Assembly (NCBI GenBank): GCA_041659285.1
Contig: JBAZYO010000001.1
Location: 448,618-512,617, forward strand
From: Vicinamibacterales bacterium
Lineage (GTDB): Bacteria > Acidobacteriota > Vicinamibacteria > Vicinamibacterales > UBA2999
Direction: 5' to 3'
DNA length: 64,000 nt
In this document: positions 9,115 through 20,102 of the stretch, in pieces
How the letters are laid out: the number at the start of each line of letters is the position of its first letter
Position numbering within the stretch: position 1 is the stretch's first letter
The notes under the pieces: generated by a model
The model's database searches: none
What the model was told of the DNA's origin: nothing
Seen by the model: the letters and a program-made list of their open reading frames with translations, nothing else
Position numbers and translations under genes: made by a program

Positions 9115-10826
9115 GCGGCCCGGAAGTCTTCCAGTCGCAACTCCACGTACTTCTCGCCGCGGAACTCGTTCTCTTCCACGGTGTAGGCGATCTCGACGCC
9201 GCTCTTCTGCGCGGTGAGGTTGGGCTCCCGCTCGGCGGCATTCCACTGGATGGCGCGGAGCACGCGGCTGTCCTGCTTCACGCTCATCTTCAGGTGGCGG
9301 TCCTTGAGGATGCGCGGCCCGTCGACGACTGACACCGGGCCGGTGTGGAAGCGCGGCTTCGGGTTGCTGGGACCGAACGGCGCCAGCGCCGCGAACTCGG
9401 CCACCACGCGATCGGTCAGCTCGTTCAACTTGAGCGGCCCGTCGAGCCAGAGGCGCGGCCGCAGGTCGTCGGGCCCGAGGCAGTTGTCGGCGTACGCGTT
9501 CACGGCGTGGCGGAATTCCTTGATCCGCGCCGCTTCGAGCTGCAGTCCGGCGGCCTGCTTGTGGCCACCGAATCGCCCGAGCATGGGCGCGCAGGATTCA
9601 AGGGCGCCCAGCATGTCGAAGCCCGGGATGCTGCGGCAGGAGCCGTGCGCGACACCGTCTTCGATGGAGAGGACAATCGCCGGCCGGTAGAAGGCGTCCA
9701 CCAGCTTCGAGGCGACAATGCCGATCACGCCGCGGTGCCAGCCCTCGCCCGCCACCACCAGCACGCCGCGCGAGCCGATGTCGGGGTCCGATTCCACGAT
9801 CTTCTTCGCCTTGGCGAGGATGTCCTGATCCTCCTGCCGCCGGCGGGTGTTCTCGGACTCGAGCTGATCCGCCAGCGCCTTCGCCTCTTCCCCCATCGCG
9901 TCATCCGAGGCGAGGAGCAGGCGCGTGGCGATGTCGGGCGTGCTCATGCGGCCCGCGGCGTTGATGCGAGGCGCCACCATGAAGCCGATGTGGTAACTGT
10001 CGATGGTCTTACCGGTGAGGCCGGCGGCTTCGAACAGCGCGCGCAGGCCCACCTTGTGCGGGCCCTTGGTCAGCATCTGCAGGCCGAGCTTGGCGATCAC
10101 GCGGTTCTCGCCGATCAGCGGCACCACGTCGGCCAGCGTGCCGATGGCGGCAATCTTGACGAAGGCCGGCAGCCACGCCGATTTGCCGGTGCGGTGGCAC
10201 AGCGCCTGCACGAGCTTGAGCGCCACGCCGACGCCGGCGAGGTTCTTGTCGGGATAGCTGCAGTCGTGGCGCTTCGGGTTGACCACGGCGAAGGCGTCGG
10301 GCAGCTCGCTGTCGGGTTCGTGGTGGTCGGTGATGATCAGGTCGACGCCGAGGTCGCGGGCCCGCCGCGCCGCGTCGGCACCGCGAATGCCGCAGTCTAC
10401 CGACACGATCAGCTTGACGCCTTCGGCGTGCAGGCGATCGATGGTCGCGGGCTGCAGCCCGTAGCCGTCGGTCAGCCGTTCCGGAATGAAGTGGCCGACG
10501 TCGGCGCCGAGCAGTTCCAGCGCCCGCCGCAGGATGACCGTGGAGGTGATGCCGTCGACGTCGTAGTCTCCGTGGATCGCGATGCGTTCCTTGGCGGCGA
10601 TGGCGGCGAGCAGCCGGTCGGCCGCCTTGCCCACGTCGGTCAGCAGGAACGGGTCGAGCAACTGATCCAGCGACGGCTTCAGGAAGCGCGCGGCATCGTC
10701 CGGGTTGGTGAGCCCGCGAATGGCGAGCAGCCGCGCCGTGACCGGCGACACGCCGAGCACACGGGTCAGTTCAAGGGCCTGCGCGGCGTCGTGCGGCCGG
10801 GTATTCCAGATTGGGGGAACGGCCAC
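9072..10826 (-). CDS. recJ: Single-stranded-DNA-specific exonuclease RecJ
   Basis: 584-aa ORF with DHH motifs (IAIHGDYDVDGITS, DHH in IITDHHEP), a DHHA1 region (GGHKQAAG) and a C-terminal OB-like domain. Confidence 0.9.
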   Translation of the reverse strand: MAVPPIWNTRPHDAAQALELTRVLGVSPVTARLLAIRGLTNPDDAARFLKPSLDQLLDPFLLTDVGKAADRLLAAIAAKERIAIHGDYDVDGITSTVILRRALELLGADVGHFIPERLTDGYGLQPATIDRLHAEGVKLIVSVDCGIRGADAARRARDLGVDLIITDHHEPDSELPDAFAVVNPKRHDCSYPDKNLAGVGVALKLVQALCHRTGKSAWLPAFVKIAAIGTLADVVPLIGENRVIAKLGLQMLTKGPHKVGLRALFEAAGLTGKTIDSYHIGFMVAPRINAAGRMSTPDIATRLLLASDDAMGEEAKALADQLESENTRRRQEDQDILAKAKKIVESDPDIGSRGVLVVAGEGWHRGVIGIVASKLVDAFYRPAIVLSIEDGVAHGSCRSIPGFDMLGALESCAPMLGRFGGHKQAAGLQLEAARIKEFRHAVNAYADNCLGPDDLRPRLWLDGPLKLNELTDRVVAEFAALAPFGPSNPKPRFHTGPVSVVDGPRILKDRHLKMSVKQDSRVLRAIQWNAAEREPNLTAQKSGVEIAYTVEENEFRGEKYVELRLEDFRAAETKTATGTKTATD

Positions 10827-10828
10827 GC

Positions 10829-11785
10829 TTACGCTTCGACGATGCCGACGGAACCCATCTTGCGGAACTTCGCGTAGCGCTGGTCGAGCCGCTCCTGCAC
10901 GCCGAGCGCCGAGACCTCGGCCAACGATCGCTGCAGCGCCACGTCGAGCAGCGCCGCGGCCTGGTTGGGGTTGGTGTGGGCGCCGCCGACCGGTTCCAGC
11001 ACGATTTCGTCGATGACCTCGAGCCGCAGCAAGTCGGGCGCCGTGATCTTGAGGGCCTCGGCGGCTTCCACCTTCTTGGCCGAGTCGCGCCAGAGAATGG
11101 CGGCGCAGCCTTCGGGCGGGATCACGCTGTAGATGGCGAACTCGTGCATCAGGATGCGGTCGCCGACGGCCAGGCCCAGGGCGCCGCCGCTGCCGCCTTC
11201 ACCGTGCACGATCACGATCACCGGCACTTCGAGCATCGCCATCTCGCGCAGGTTCATGGCAATGGCCTCGGCGACGCCGCGCTCCTCGGATTCAATGCCC
11301 GGGTAGGCCGCCGGAGTGTCAACAAACGAGATGATCGGCCGGCCGAACTTCTGCGCCATTTCCATGGTCCGCAGCGCCTTGCGATAGCCATCCGGCCGCG
11401 CGTAGCCGAAGTTCCGGTAGATTTTCTGCTTGGTGTCGCTGCCCTTCTGGTGGCCGACAATGAGCACCGGCTCGCCCTTGTAGAAGGCGGTGCCGGTGAC
11501 AATGGCGTGGTCGTCGGCGAACTTGCGGTCGCCGTGCAGCTCGACGAAGTCGGTGAACAGGCGCTCGACGTAGTCGAGCGTGGTGGGCCGGCCCGGGTGC
11601 CGCGCCACCTGGACCCGCTGCCAGGGCGTCAGGTTCTTGTAGAGCTCGCCGCGAATGGCGTCGACGCGTTTCTCGAGGCGCGCGATCTCGCGGTCGCGGT
11701 CGTCGCTCACGGCGAGCGTTGACAGCGCCTCGATCTCTTTCAGCAGGACGGCAATCGGTTCTTCGAATTCGAGCAGGTCGGGCAT
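10829..11785 (-). CDS. accA: Acetyl-CoA carboxylase carboxyltransferase alpha subunit
   Basis: 318-aa ORF. The segments RHPGRPTTLDY, FGRPIISFVDTPAAYPG and GEGGSGGALG are typical of AccA. Confidence 0.95.
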   Translation of the reverse strand: MPDLLEFEEPIAVLLKEIEALSTLAVSDDRDREIARLEKRVDAIRGELYKNLTPWQRVQVARHPGRPTTLDYVERLFTDFVELHGDRKFADDHAIVTGTAFYKGEPVLIVGHQKGSDTKQKIYRNFGYARPDGYRKALRTMEMAQKFGRPIISFVDTPAAYPGIESEERGVAEAIAMNLREMAMLEVPVIVIVHGEGGSGGALGLAVGDRILMHEFAIYSVIPPEGCAAILWRDSAKKVEAAEALKITAPDLLRLEVIDEIVLEPVGGAHTNPNQAAALLDVALQRSLAEVSALGVQERLDQRYAKFRKMGSVGIVEA

Positions 11786-11789
11786 GGTG

Positions 11790-14700
11790 TCAGGAATACA
11801 CGGTCACTGAGCCTGGGCCGCAGATACGTTCGACGTCTGCGACAAACTGTTCCGACGTGCGCACGCGAATGGACTGCGTGACCTCGGCGCGGACGATGAC
11901 GTGCCGCGCGCCGCCGTTCAGTTCCACTTCGACCGCCACCGGGCGGTCGCCGCGGTGCTTGGCCATCAGCTCCCACAGCGCTTCAATCGTCTCACGCGGG
12001 CAGGTGGCCTTCAACCGGATCCTGACCCCGCGCGACAGCCGCTCCTTGAGCAGGGCCAGGGGCAGGATGTCGGTGCACTGGAAGCGGGAGTTCTCCTCGT
12101 CGCGCTCGAACTTGCCGCGCACGAGCAGCAGCGCGCCGTTCTCGATCAACTGGCGGTGCTTGCCGTACATCTCTGGGAACACGACCACTTCGACGGCGCC
12201 CTGGTGATCTTCCAGGGTGAACACGCACATCGGGTCGCCCTTCTTGGTCTTCAGGCCGCGGAAGCCCCCGACGATGCCACCCACATACACATCGTCGATG
12301 ACCAGGCGTCCCGGCGCGCCATCGACGCCCTCGGGAATGTCGCTCAGGGTGAGGTCGCCCACGGTCTTGGCGCCGAAGGCGCGGAGGTCGTCGGCGTGGC
12401 GATCGATCGGGTGGCCGCTGAGGTAGAGGCCCAGGGCCTCCTTCTCGTGCGCCAGCAACTCCATTTCGGTCCAGGGTGGCGCGTCCGGCAGCCGGATGAT
12501 GGAGAGGCCGCCCTCTTCCCCGCCGCCAAACAAGTCGGCCTGGCCCTGTTCCTTGTCCCGCTGGGTGCGGTTGCCGTGCTCGATGGCGCTGTCGACCGCG
12601 CCGAACAGCTTGGCGCGGCCGGCCACGAGCGGCACGCCCTGCGGGATCAGGCTGTCGCACGCTCCTGAGCGGACCAGCGCTTCGAGCACCTTCTTGTTGA
12701 CGAGGCGCAGGTCGAGCTCTTCGCACAGCTGATGGACCGAGGTGATGCGCCCGGTGCGCTCGCGGACCTCGATCAGGCTGCGGATGGCGCCTTCGCCGAG
12801 GCCCTTGATGGCCGTCAACCCGAAGCGCACGCCCTCGGGGACCACCGTGAAGTGCAGCTGGCTCTCGTTGATGTCGGGCGGCAGCACCTGGATGCCGCGC
12901 TCGCGCGATTCGCTGATGTAGACGGCGAGTTTCTCGGTGTTCGCGGCTTCGATGGTCAGCAGCGCCGCGGCGAAGTGCTTCGGGAAGTTCGCCTTGAGGT
13001 ACGCCGTCTGGTAGGCCAGGAACGCGTAGGCGGTGGAGTGCGACTTGTTGAAGCCGTAGCCCGCGAAGAACTCCATCAGCTCGAAGATCTTGCTGGCCTT
13101 CTTCTCGTTGACGTTCTTGGCCAGCGCGCCGCTCATGAAGGCCTCGCGCTGCTTGGCCATGACCTTGGGGTCTTTCTTGCCCATGGCCTTGCGGAGCACG
13201 TCGGACTGGCCCATGGTGAACCCGGCGACCACCGAGGCCATGCGCATGACCTGTTCCTGGTAGGCGATGACGCCGTAGGTGTCGGCGAGGATCGGCTCGA
13301 GGGACGGCAGGTCGTATTTCACCTGGCTGCGGCCGGCCTTGCGGTTGATGTAGTCGTCCACCATGCCGCCCTTGAGCGGGCCGGGCCGGTAGAGGGCGTT
13401 CATCGCGATCAGGTCTTCGAGCCGCTGCGGCTTGGCCCGGCGCAGGATCTCGCGCATGCCCGAGCTTTCGAACTGGAAGATGCCGTAGGTCTGGCCGTCC
13501 ACGAACAGCTGATAGGTCCGGGCGTCGTCGAGCGGGATGTTGTCGATGTCGAGCACGGTCCCTTCCGTGCGCTTGATCTCCGACAACGCGTCCTGGATCA
13601 GCGTCAGCGTGCTCAGGCCCAGGAAGTCCATCTTCAGGAGGCCGACGCGCTCGACTTCCTTCATCGCCCACTGGGTCGTGATTTCGTCGCGGTTGCTCTT
13701 GTAGAGCGGCGCGTAGTCGGTGATCGGCCCGGGCGCGATCACCACGCCGGCGGCGTGGACGCCGGCGTTCCTGGACACGCCCTCGAGCCGCTTCCCCATC
13801 TCGAGCAGGTCGTTGACGCGCGAGTCGTTCTTCGCCATGTCGCGAAGCACTGGGTTCTCAGCCAGTGCCTTCTCCAGCGTCATGTCGAGCGCCGGCGGAA
13901 TCTGCTTGGCAATGCGATCGACGTCCGCGTACGGCATGTCCATCACGCGGCCGACGTCGCGGATGACCGCCTTCGCCTTCATGGTGCCGAAGGTGATGAT
14001 CTGCGAGACGTTCTCGCGGCCGTACTTCGCCGTGACGTACTCGATCACTTCCCCACGGCGGCGCTCGCAGAAGTCAACGTCGATATCGGGCAGCGACACG
14101 CGCTCGGGGTTCAGGAAGCGCTCGAAAATCAGGTCGTAGTGGAGGGGATCGACGTCGGTGATGCGCAGCGCCCACGCCACCAGGCTGCCGGCGGCGGAGC
14201 CGCGGCCCGGCCCGACCGGGATGCCGTGGTCGCGCGCGTAGCGGATGAAATCCCACACGATCATGAAGTACCCGGGGTACTCCATCTTCTTGATCATGGC
14301 GATCTCATAGACCAGCCGCTCGTCGTATTCCGCGATGGTGTGCCGAAGCTGGTCCTTCTCGTCCAGCTGCCGGAGCCGCTCGAGCCGCTGTTGGTAGCCC
14401 TCGCGCACCACGTGCTCGAAGTAGTCGTCCAGCGTGTAGCCTTCGGGCACCGCGAACTTCGGCAGGTGGTTCTGGCCCTGCGGAATGGTCACGTTGCAGC
14501 GCTCGGCGATGAGCAGCGTGTTCTTCATCGCCTCCGGATAGTCGCCGAACACCTCGGCCATCTGCGCCGCGGTCTTCAGGAAGAACTGGTCGCCGTGATA
14601 CTTCAGGCGATTGACGTCGTTCACCGACTTGCCGGTGCCGATGCACAGCAGGATGTCGTGCGGCTTGTGGTCGCCGTGGCGCAGGTAGTGCACGTCGTTG

Positions 14701-15311
14701 GTGACCACCAGCGGCATGTCGAGGTCGCGAGCGATCGGGATCAGGCCGTTGTTGACGATGCGCTGTTCCTCGATGCCCTGGAACTGCATCTCGAGGAAGA
14801 AGTTGCCCTTCCCCAGGATGTCGCGGTACTGCGCCGCCGCGGCCAGCGCCTTTCCGGCCTGCTCGGCGCGAATCCCGCTGGCGACCTCGCCCTTGAGGCA
14901 GCTGCTCAGGCCGATCAGCCCTTCGGCATGCTGCGCCAGGATCTCCTTGTCGATGCGCGGCTTGTAGTAGAAACCCTCGGTGTAGCCGGACGACACCAGC
15001 TTGATCAGGTTCTTGAAACCGATCTCGTTCTCGGCCAGCAGCACCAGGTGGTTCGCGGTCTCACCCGGCGTGCCGCTCTTGTCGCGGCGATCGCCGGGCG
15101 CGACGTAGACCTCGCAGCCGAGGATCGGGTTGATGCCGCGCTTGCGGGCGGCGTCGTGAAAGACCACCGACGAGAACATGTTGCCGTGCTCGGTCACCGC
15201 CAGCGCCGGCATCTTCAGCCGCTGGGCCTCGTCGAGCAGCTCGTCGATCCGGCACGCACCGTCGAGCAGCGAGAACTCGGTGTGCAAGTGGAGGTGGACG
15301 AAGTCTTTCAT
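11790..15311 (-). CDS. dnaE: DNA polymerase III alpha subunit
   Basis: 1173-aa ORF with an N-terminal PHP domain (FVHLHLHTEFSLLDG), palm/fingers (GPGRGSAAGSLVAW, PDIDVDF), HhH and an OB fold. Confidence 0.97.
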   Translation of the reverse strand: MKDFVHLHLHTEFSLLDGACRIDELLDEAQRLKMPALAVTEHGNMFSSVVFHDAARKRGINPILGCEVYVAPGDRRDKSGTPGETANHLVLLAENEIGFKNLIKLVSSGYTEGFYYKPRIDKEILAQHAEGLIGLSSCLKGEVASGIRAEQAGKALAAAAQYRDILGKGNFFLEMQFQGIEEQRIVNNGLIPIARDLDMPLVVTNDVHYLRHGDHKPHDILLCIGTGKSVNDVNRLKYHGDQFFLKTAAQMAEVFGDYPEAMKNTLLIAERCNVTIPQGQNHLPKFAVPEGYTLDDYFEHVVREGYQQRLERLRQLDEKDQLRHTIAEYDERLVYEIAMIKKMEYPGYFMIVWDFIRYARDHGIPVGPGRGSAAGSLVAWALRITDVDPLHYDLIFERFLNPERVSLPDIDVDFCERRRGEVIEYVTAKYGRENVSQIITFGTMKAKAVIRDVGRVMDMPYADVDRIAKQIPPALDMTLEKALAENPVLRDMAKNDSRVNDLLEMGKRLEGVSRNAGVHAAGVVIAPGPITDYAPLYKSNRDEITTQWAMKEVERVGLLKMDFLGLSTLTLIQDALSEIKRTEGTVLDIDNIPLDDARTYQLFVDGQTYGIFQFESSGMREILRRAKPQRLEDLIAMNALYRPGPLKGGMVDDYINRKAGRSQVKYDLPSLEPILADTYGVIAYQEQVMRMASVVAGFTMGQSDVLRKAMGKKDPKVMAKQREAFMSGALAKNVNEKKASKIFELMEFFAGYGFNKSHSTAYAFLAYQTAYLKANFPKHFAAALLTIEAANTEKLAVYISESRERGIQVLPPDINESQLHFTVVPEGVRFGLTAIKGLGEGAIRSLIEVRERTGRITSVHQLCEELDLRLVNKKVLEALVRSGACDSLIPQGVPLVAGRAKLFGAVDSAIEHGNRTQRDKEQGQADLFGGGEEGGLSIIRLPDAPPWTEMELLAHEKEALGLYLSGHPIDRHADDLRAFGAKTVGDLTLSDIPEGVDGAPGRLVIDDVYVGGIVGGFRGLKTKKGDPMCVFTLEDHQGAVEVVVFPEMYGKHRQLIENGALLLVRGKFERDEENSRFQCTDILPLALLKERLSRGVRIRLKATCPRETIEALWELMAKHRGDRPVAVEVELNGGARHVIVRAEVTQSIRVRTSEQFVADVERICGPGSVTVYS

Positions 15312-15324
15312 GGCCGCCCGTGCC

Positions 15325-16863
<1,539 letters not shown>

Positions 16864-16902
16864 GAAATCTCGAATGAGGGGTACGCCACTATTATAGGGC
16901 TG

Positions 16903-17985
16903 ATGGGCCTCCTGGTCGCGGCGGTGATCGTGATTCTGCAGGCGGTGGCCGCCACCGTCGCGCCGCTCGACCCGCGCTGGGCAATTCCTTTCGACTCGCC
17001 GCCGGCCGCCGCCGCTGGTTTCGACGCCACGACGGCCTACGTGCCGCTCAAAGGCGGGCAATTGGTGGCGGTCGATCTCGATCGCGGCACGGTGCGCTGG
17101 CGCCTGGACGTGGCCACACCGTTCACGCCCGCCACCGGCGATGGGCTGGTGTTCACCAACACCGAGTCATCGATTGAGGCGCGCGACGCGCAAACCGGGG
17201 CGACGCGGTGGCGGACTCCCCTGCCCGGCGGCGCCGCCGTTCCTCTCTATTGGGACACCGGGTGGCTGCTCGCCTCCACGCCAAACGGCGATCTCGCCGC
17301 CTTTCGGGCATCCGACGGAAACCTGGTGTGGCGCCAGCCGCTGGGGTCGCCCTTGGCCGCCGCGCCGGTTCCCGCGCTCGATCGCCTCTACCTGCCGCTG
17401 GCCGACAACCGGCTGGTCGCCGTCCTGCTCGCCACCGGCGAGACCGCCTGGAGCCGCACGCTGGCCAGCCGCATCACCGGCCTGCTCGCGCTCGACGACC
17501 AGCTGGTACTCGGCACCACCGGGCACGACGTGGTGAGCGTGCGCCTGGCGGACGGCCGGGAGCGCTGGACGTGGCACGTGGGCGGCGACGTGTCGGGGCT
17601 GCCCTCCGCGGACCAGAAGCGCATCTACTTCGCGTCGCGCGACAACGTGCTGCGGGCCGTGGATCGCAAGAGCGGCAACCTGCGCTGGAAGGCATCGCTC
17701 CCGTCACGGCCGGCCGGCGGGCCGCTGCCGCTGCCCAATATGGTCCTGATGCCGCTGGTGTCGTCAGAGATCGCGGGGCTCGATCTGGAGACCGGCAAGC
17801 CCACCGTCACCGTGAAGGCCGCCGGCGAGATTGGGCCGCAGCCGTTCTTCCGGCCTGGGGCGCGAGCCACGGCCGTGCGGTTGGTGACGGTCAGCCGCGA
17901 TGGTCAGCTGCAGGGGTTTGCGCAGCGGTTCGAGCCCGTTCCGGGTCTCATTGACGTGCTCCCGGGCGTGCCGGCCGTGCCTTAG
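16903..17985 (+). CDS. PQQ-like (BamB/YfgL-type) beta-propeller repeat protein
   Basis: The protein has a signal/TM segment [17 protein letters not shown]. Repeated blades follow: [72 protein letters not shown] and [14 protein letters not shown]. The start is uncertain (16852 or 16903). Confidence 0.7.
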   Translation: MGLLVAAVIVILQAVAATVAPLDPRWAIPFDSPPAAAAGFDATTAYVPLKGGQLVAVDLDRGTVRWRLDVATPFTPATGDGLVFTNTESSIEARDAQTGATRWRTPLPGGAAVPLYWDTGWLLASTPNGDLAAFRASDGNLVWRQPLGSPLAAAPVPALDRLYLPLADNRLVAVLLATGETAWSRTLASRITGLLALDDQLVLGTTGHDVVSVRLADGRERWTWHVGGDVSGLPSADQKRIYFASRDNVLRAVDRKSGNLRWKASLPSRPAGGPLPLPNMVLMPLVSSEIAGLDLETGKPTVTVKAAGEIGPQPFFRPGARATAVRLVTVSRDGQLQGFAQRFEPVPGLIDVLPGVPAVP

Positions 17986-18006
17986 CCACTGATTAAAGGA
18001 ATACAG

Positions 18007-18042
18007 CCGCAGATTAGACACAGATTCGGCACAGATTCTTCG
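18007..18042 (+). repeat. 11-bp tandem array CAGATTAGACA/CAGATTCGGCA/CAGATTCTT after GCCGCAGAT core
   Basis: The array begins 21 nt after the stop of the beta-propeller gene. Its reverse complement, AATCTGTGTCTAATCTGCGGCTGT, closely matches 20761-20784. Confidence 0.7.
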
Positions 18043-18201
18043 ACCCCTTTCACGCCCCCGCATTTCGCGACGGCCAACGCCTCCGCTCCGGCCGCGGCGC
18101 GCGTCCTCATCACATCGCGTCCCGCCGGTTGCAGGCTGAGTCAGGCCCCTCGACCAGCCACCGTCTTTTACCCGGGACCAAACGCGACGGTCGCCTGCAC
18201 C

Positions 18202-18946
18202 TCAGGGCGAGGCCCTCCTGGCACGCTCTACGACTTCCCGGATGGCTTCGACGACTTTTGCAGGCTGATCCACCGCGACGAAGTGGCCGCTGTTTTCAGC
18301 GATCACCTGCCGGCCGATGGTCGACTCTCCCGCCAACTCGCGGTGGAGCTCGACCCACGTCGAGTAGAGCACGGCCTCTTCACCCTGAGGCGGCGTCTCT
18401 TCTCGCCGCGTCAGGACGATGAGTGGCAGATTGCGCAGCGGCGTCTTCCTCGCAGCCACCCTTGCCTGCCGCATCTGGGCGAAGCTCTCCTCAACGGCTG
18501 CTGTCTCGGCGAAGATCGCATCGACGGCGTTGGTCCTGTAGCCGATGGCGGTTGCTGCCGGCTGACCGTCGGGTGGCAACACGTTCATTCCTGCGACGTC
18601 GACCGGCATTCCGGCCAGACGCATGATCCCCAACCGCGAAGCAAGCTGGAACAGGCGCAGAGGCATCGCGTTGGGCTTTGCTGATGGGGACCGGATGAAC
18701 TGGTCCTCATGGGCGGGATCAACCAGCACGATGCCAGCCACTTCCTCAGGGTAGCGATACGCGTACAGGCGGACGTTGCACCCTCCAAGCGAGGCTCCCA
18801 CGAGCACGTGGCGTTGGCACCTGTGCGTTTCGAAGAAGTTCGTGGAGCTCGGCCACCATCCGCCCGCTGTTTCGGGGCCGCGGGCCGGCATCGCTCCAAC
18901 CGTACCCCGCGCGGTCGTAGGCGAGCGTTTGCGCGAACTCCGCCAC
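18202..18946 (-). pseudogene. Alpha/beta-hydrolase, frameshifted and 5'-truncated
   Basis: Two minus-strand frames carry consecutive parts of one enzyme. The first reads FAQTLAYDRAGYGWSD...MVAELHELLRNAQVP (18746-18946). The second reads HVLVGASLGG (GxSxG elbow)...ENSGHFVAVDQP, ending at 18202. The frame shift lies near 18808-18820. The N-terminal ~50 residues are absent where the IS3 remnant abuts. Confidence 0.75.
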
Positions 18947-18956
18947 TGCCGCCGCT

Positions 18957-19346
18957 CAGCCGACCATTCGTCGCGAGCTGGTGCTCGATGCCGTGTTGTC
19001 GGCCGTGCGTCGACGGCGGCCCCGCGGCACGCTGATCCACTCCGATCAGGGCACCCAGTTTGGTAGCGATGCGTGGCGTCGATTCTGCCGTTCAAATCAT
19101 CTCGAACCGAGTATGAGCCGGAAGGGCAATTGCTGGGACAATGCCGTCGCCGAGTCGTTCTTTAGCAGCTTGAAGAAAGAGCGAATCAAAAAACAGATCT
19201 ACAAGAACCGCGAACTCGCGATCGCGGACGTGGCCGACTACATCGATACGTTCTACACTCGCACCAGGCGTCATAGCCATCTCGGAGGGGTCAGCCCCGA
19301 GCAGTTCGAAGCGGCTCATAAGATGCGCCGGCAACGTCTCCACTGA
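18957..19346 (+). mobile_element. IS3-family transposase (OrfB) C-terminal remnant
   Basis: The fragment reads RRELVLDAVLSAVRRRRPRGTLIHSDQGTQF...SMSRKGNCWDNAVAESFFSSLKKERI...RRHSHLGGVSPEQFE, the distal half of an rve/DDE integrase core. The N-terminal half, OrfA and the first catalytic Asp are missing. Confidence 0.85.
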
Positions 19347-19427
19347 ATCCTGGGAACTCCACCGCGAGCGGCGGCGCCGGTCACGCGAAGGAGTCTAAAC
19401 CATCGGCCGCTCGTCGGCTGCAGCGGC

Positions 19428-19456
19428 TTGTTAGGCGGCGCTTCGAGTGCTAGGCT
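19428..19456 (+). promoter_or_regulatory. Putative sigma-70-type promoter of the toxin-antitoxin operon
   Basis: TTGTTA lies at 19428-19433, followed by a 17-nt spacer and TAGGCT at 19451-19456. The ATG at 19463 is only 6 nt downstream, so the mRNA would be leaderless or nearly so. Confidence 0.3.
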
Positions 19457-19462
19457 GGCCCC

Positions 19463-19687
19463 ATGACGATTAAGGCCCGAGTCCACGACGGGCGTTTGAT
19501 AGTCGATGAGCCAACGAGCCTGCCGGAGGGCACCGAGGTGCAGTTACTCCCCCTCGACCCTGGCGACTGGCTCGACGATGCCGACCGCGCTGCTTTACAC
19601 GAAGCCCTTGCGCAGTCAGAGGCCGATGTAAGGGCAGGCCGGTTGCTCGATGCCTCGGATGTCTTGAAGAGGCTCCGGCCGCGGTGA
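19463..19687 (+). CDS. Type II antitoxin (composite: DUF104-like N-terminus + addiction-module C-terminus)
   Basis: 74-aa ORF. The N-terminal part is MTIKARVHDGRLIVDEPTSLPEGTEVQLL and the C-terminal part is DDADRAALHEALAQSEADVRAGR. Its stop overlaps the toxin start (GTGA at 19684). Confidence 0.65.
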   Translation: MTIKARVHDGRLIVDEPTSLPEGTEVQLLPLDPGDWLDDADRAALHEALAQSEADVRAGRLLDASDVLKRLRPR

Positions 19688-19989
19688 AGGACCGCCGCGT
19701 TCGCTTCACGGCGACCGCCGGCCAACATCTGGACCTCGAGCGCACCTGGTGGCTCGAAAATCGCGATCATCAGGAACTATTCGCCACCGAACTCGAATCT
19801 GCGGTGAAGATTCTTGCGCTCTTGCCTGGGGCTGGCACCCCGTACCTTCGGACCGGACTCCTTGGACTGAGGCGGCTCTACTTGCGTAAGATTGCCTGCC
19901 ACATCTACTACACGTTCAATGACGATGAAGTAATTGTCCGCGCCCTCTGGGGCGCCCGCCGCGAGCGTGGTCCGATGATCGAAGAATAG
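19684..19989 (+). CDS. ParE/RelE-family type II toxin
   Basis: 101-aa ORF. The segments VRFTATAGQHLDLERTWW..., RRLYLRKIACHIYYTFNDDEVIVRALWGARR match the plasmid-stabilisation ParE pattern. Confidence 0.7.
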   Translation: MKDRRVRFTATAGQHLDLERTWWLENRDHQELFATELESAVKILALLPGAGTPYLRTGLLGLRRLYLRKIACHIYYTFNDDEVIVRALWGARRERGPMIEE

Positions 19990-20102
19990 GCCTTCGTTGT
20001 CGCCCGCCTAACGGACGGCGCATAAGCCGCGGCGACCGAATGTCCGCATGATGCCACAACAGCTGAACGCCGACGGCTTCATGCGCAGGTTAGGCCGCGC
20101 AA

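Noticed and set aside
11811-11825. An additional GGGCCGCAGATA match to the GCCGCAGAT repeat core.
   Set aside because: It lies inside the dnaE 3' coding region (encoding ICGPGS), with no tandem units attached. It is probably a chance match.
16864-17061. N-terminal 66-codon extension of the guaA ORF (578 aa as tracked).
   Set aside because: GuaA homology begins at [14 protein letters not shown] (GTG at 16863). The extension is Arg/Gly-rich and overlaps the divergent beta-propeller gene.
18947-19095. The upper part of the 297-aa minus-strand ORF 18202-19095, read as an intact alpha/beta-hydrolase.
   Set aside because: Residues upstream of about 18950 are antisense to the IS3 transposase fragment and have no hydrolase similarity. 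The real N-terminal hydrolase segment is in another frame (18746-18946). The locus is called a pseudogene instead.
19425-20100. GTTAGGC(G/C)GCG motifs at about 19430, about 20006 (inverted) and about 20088, read as terminal inverted repeats of a mobile TA cassette.
   Set aside because: Only 8-11 nt are shared. There are no target-site duplications and no transposase. The evidence is too weak for a feature call, so it is mentioned only within the islet finding.
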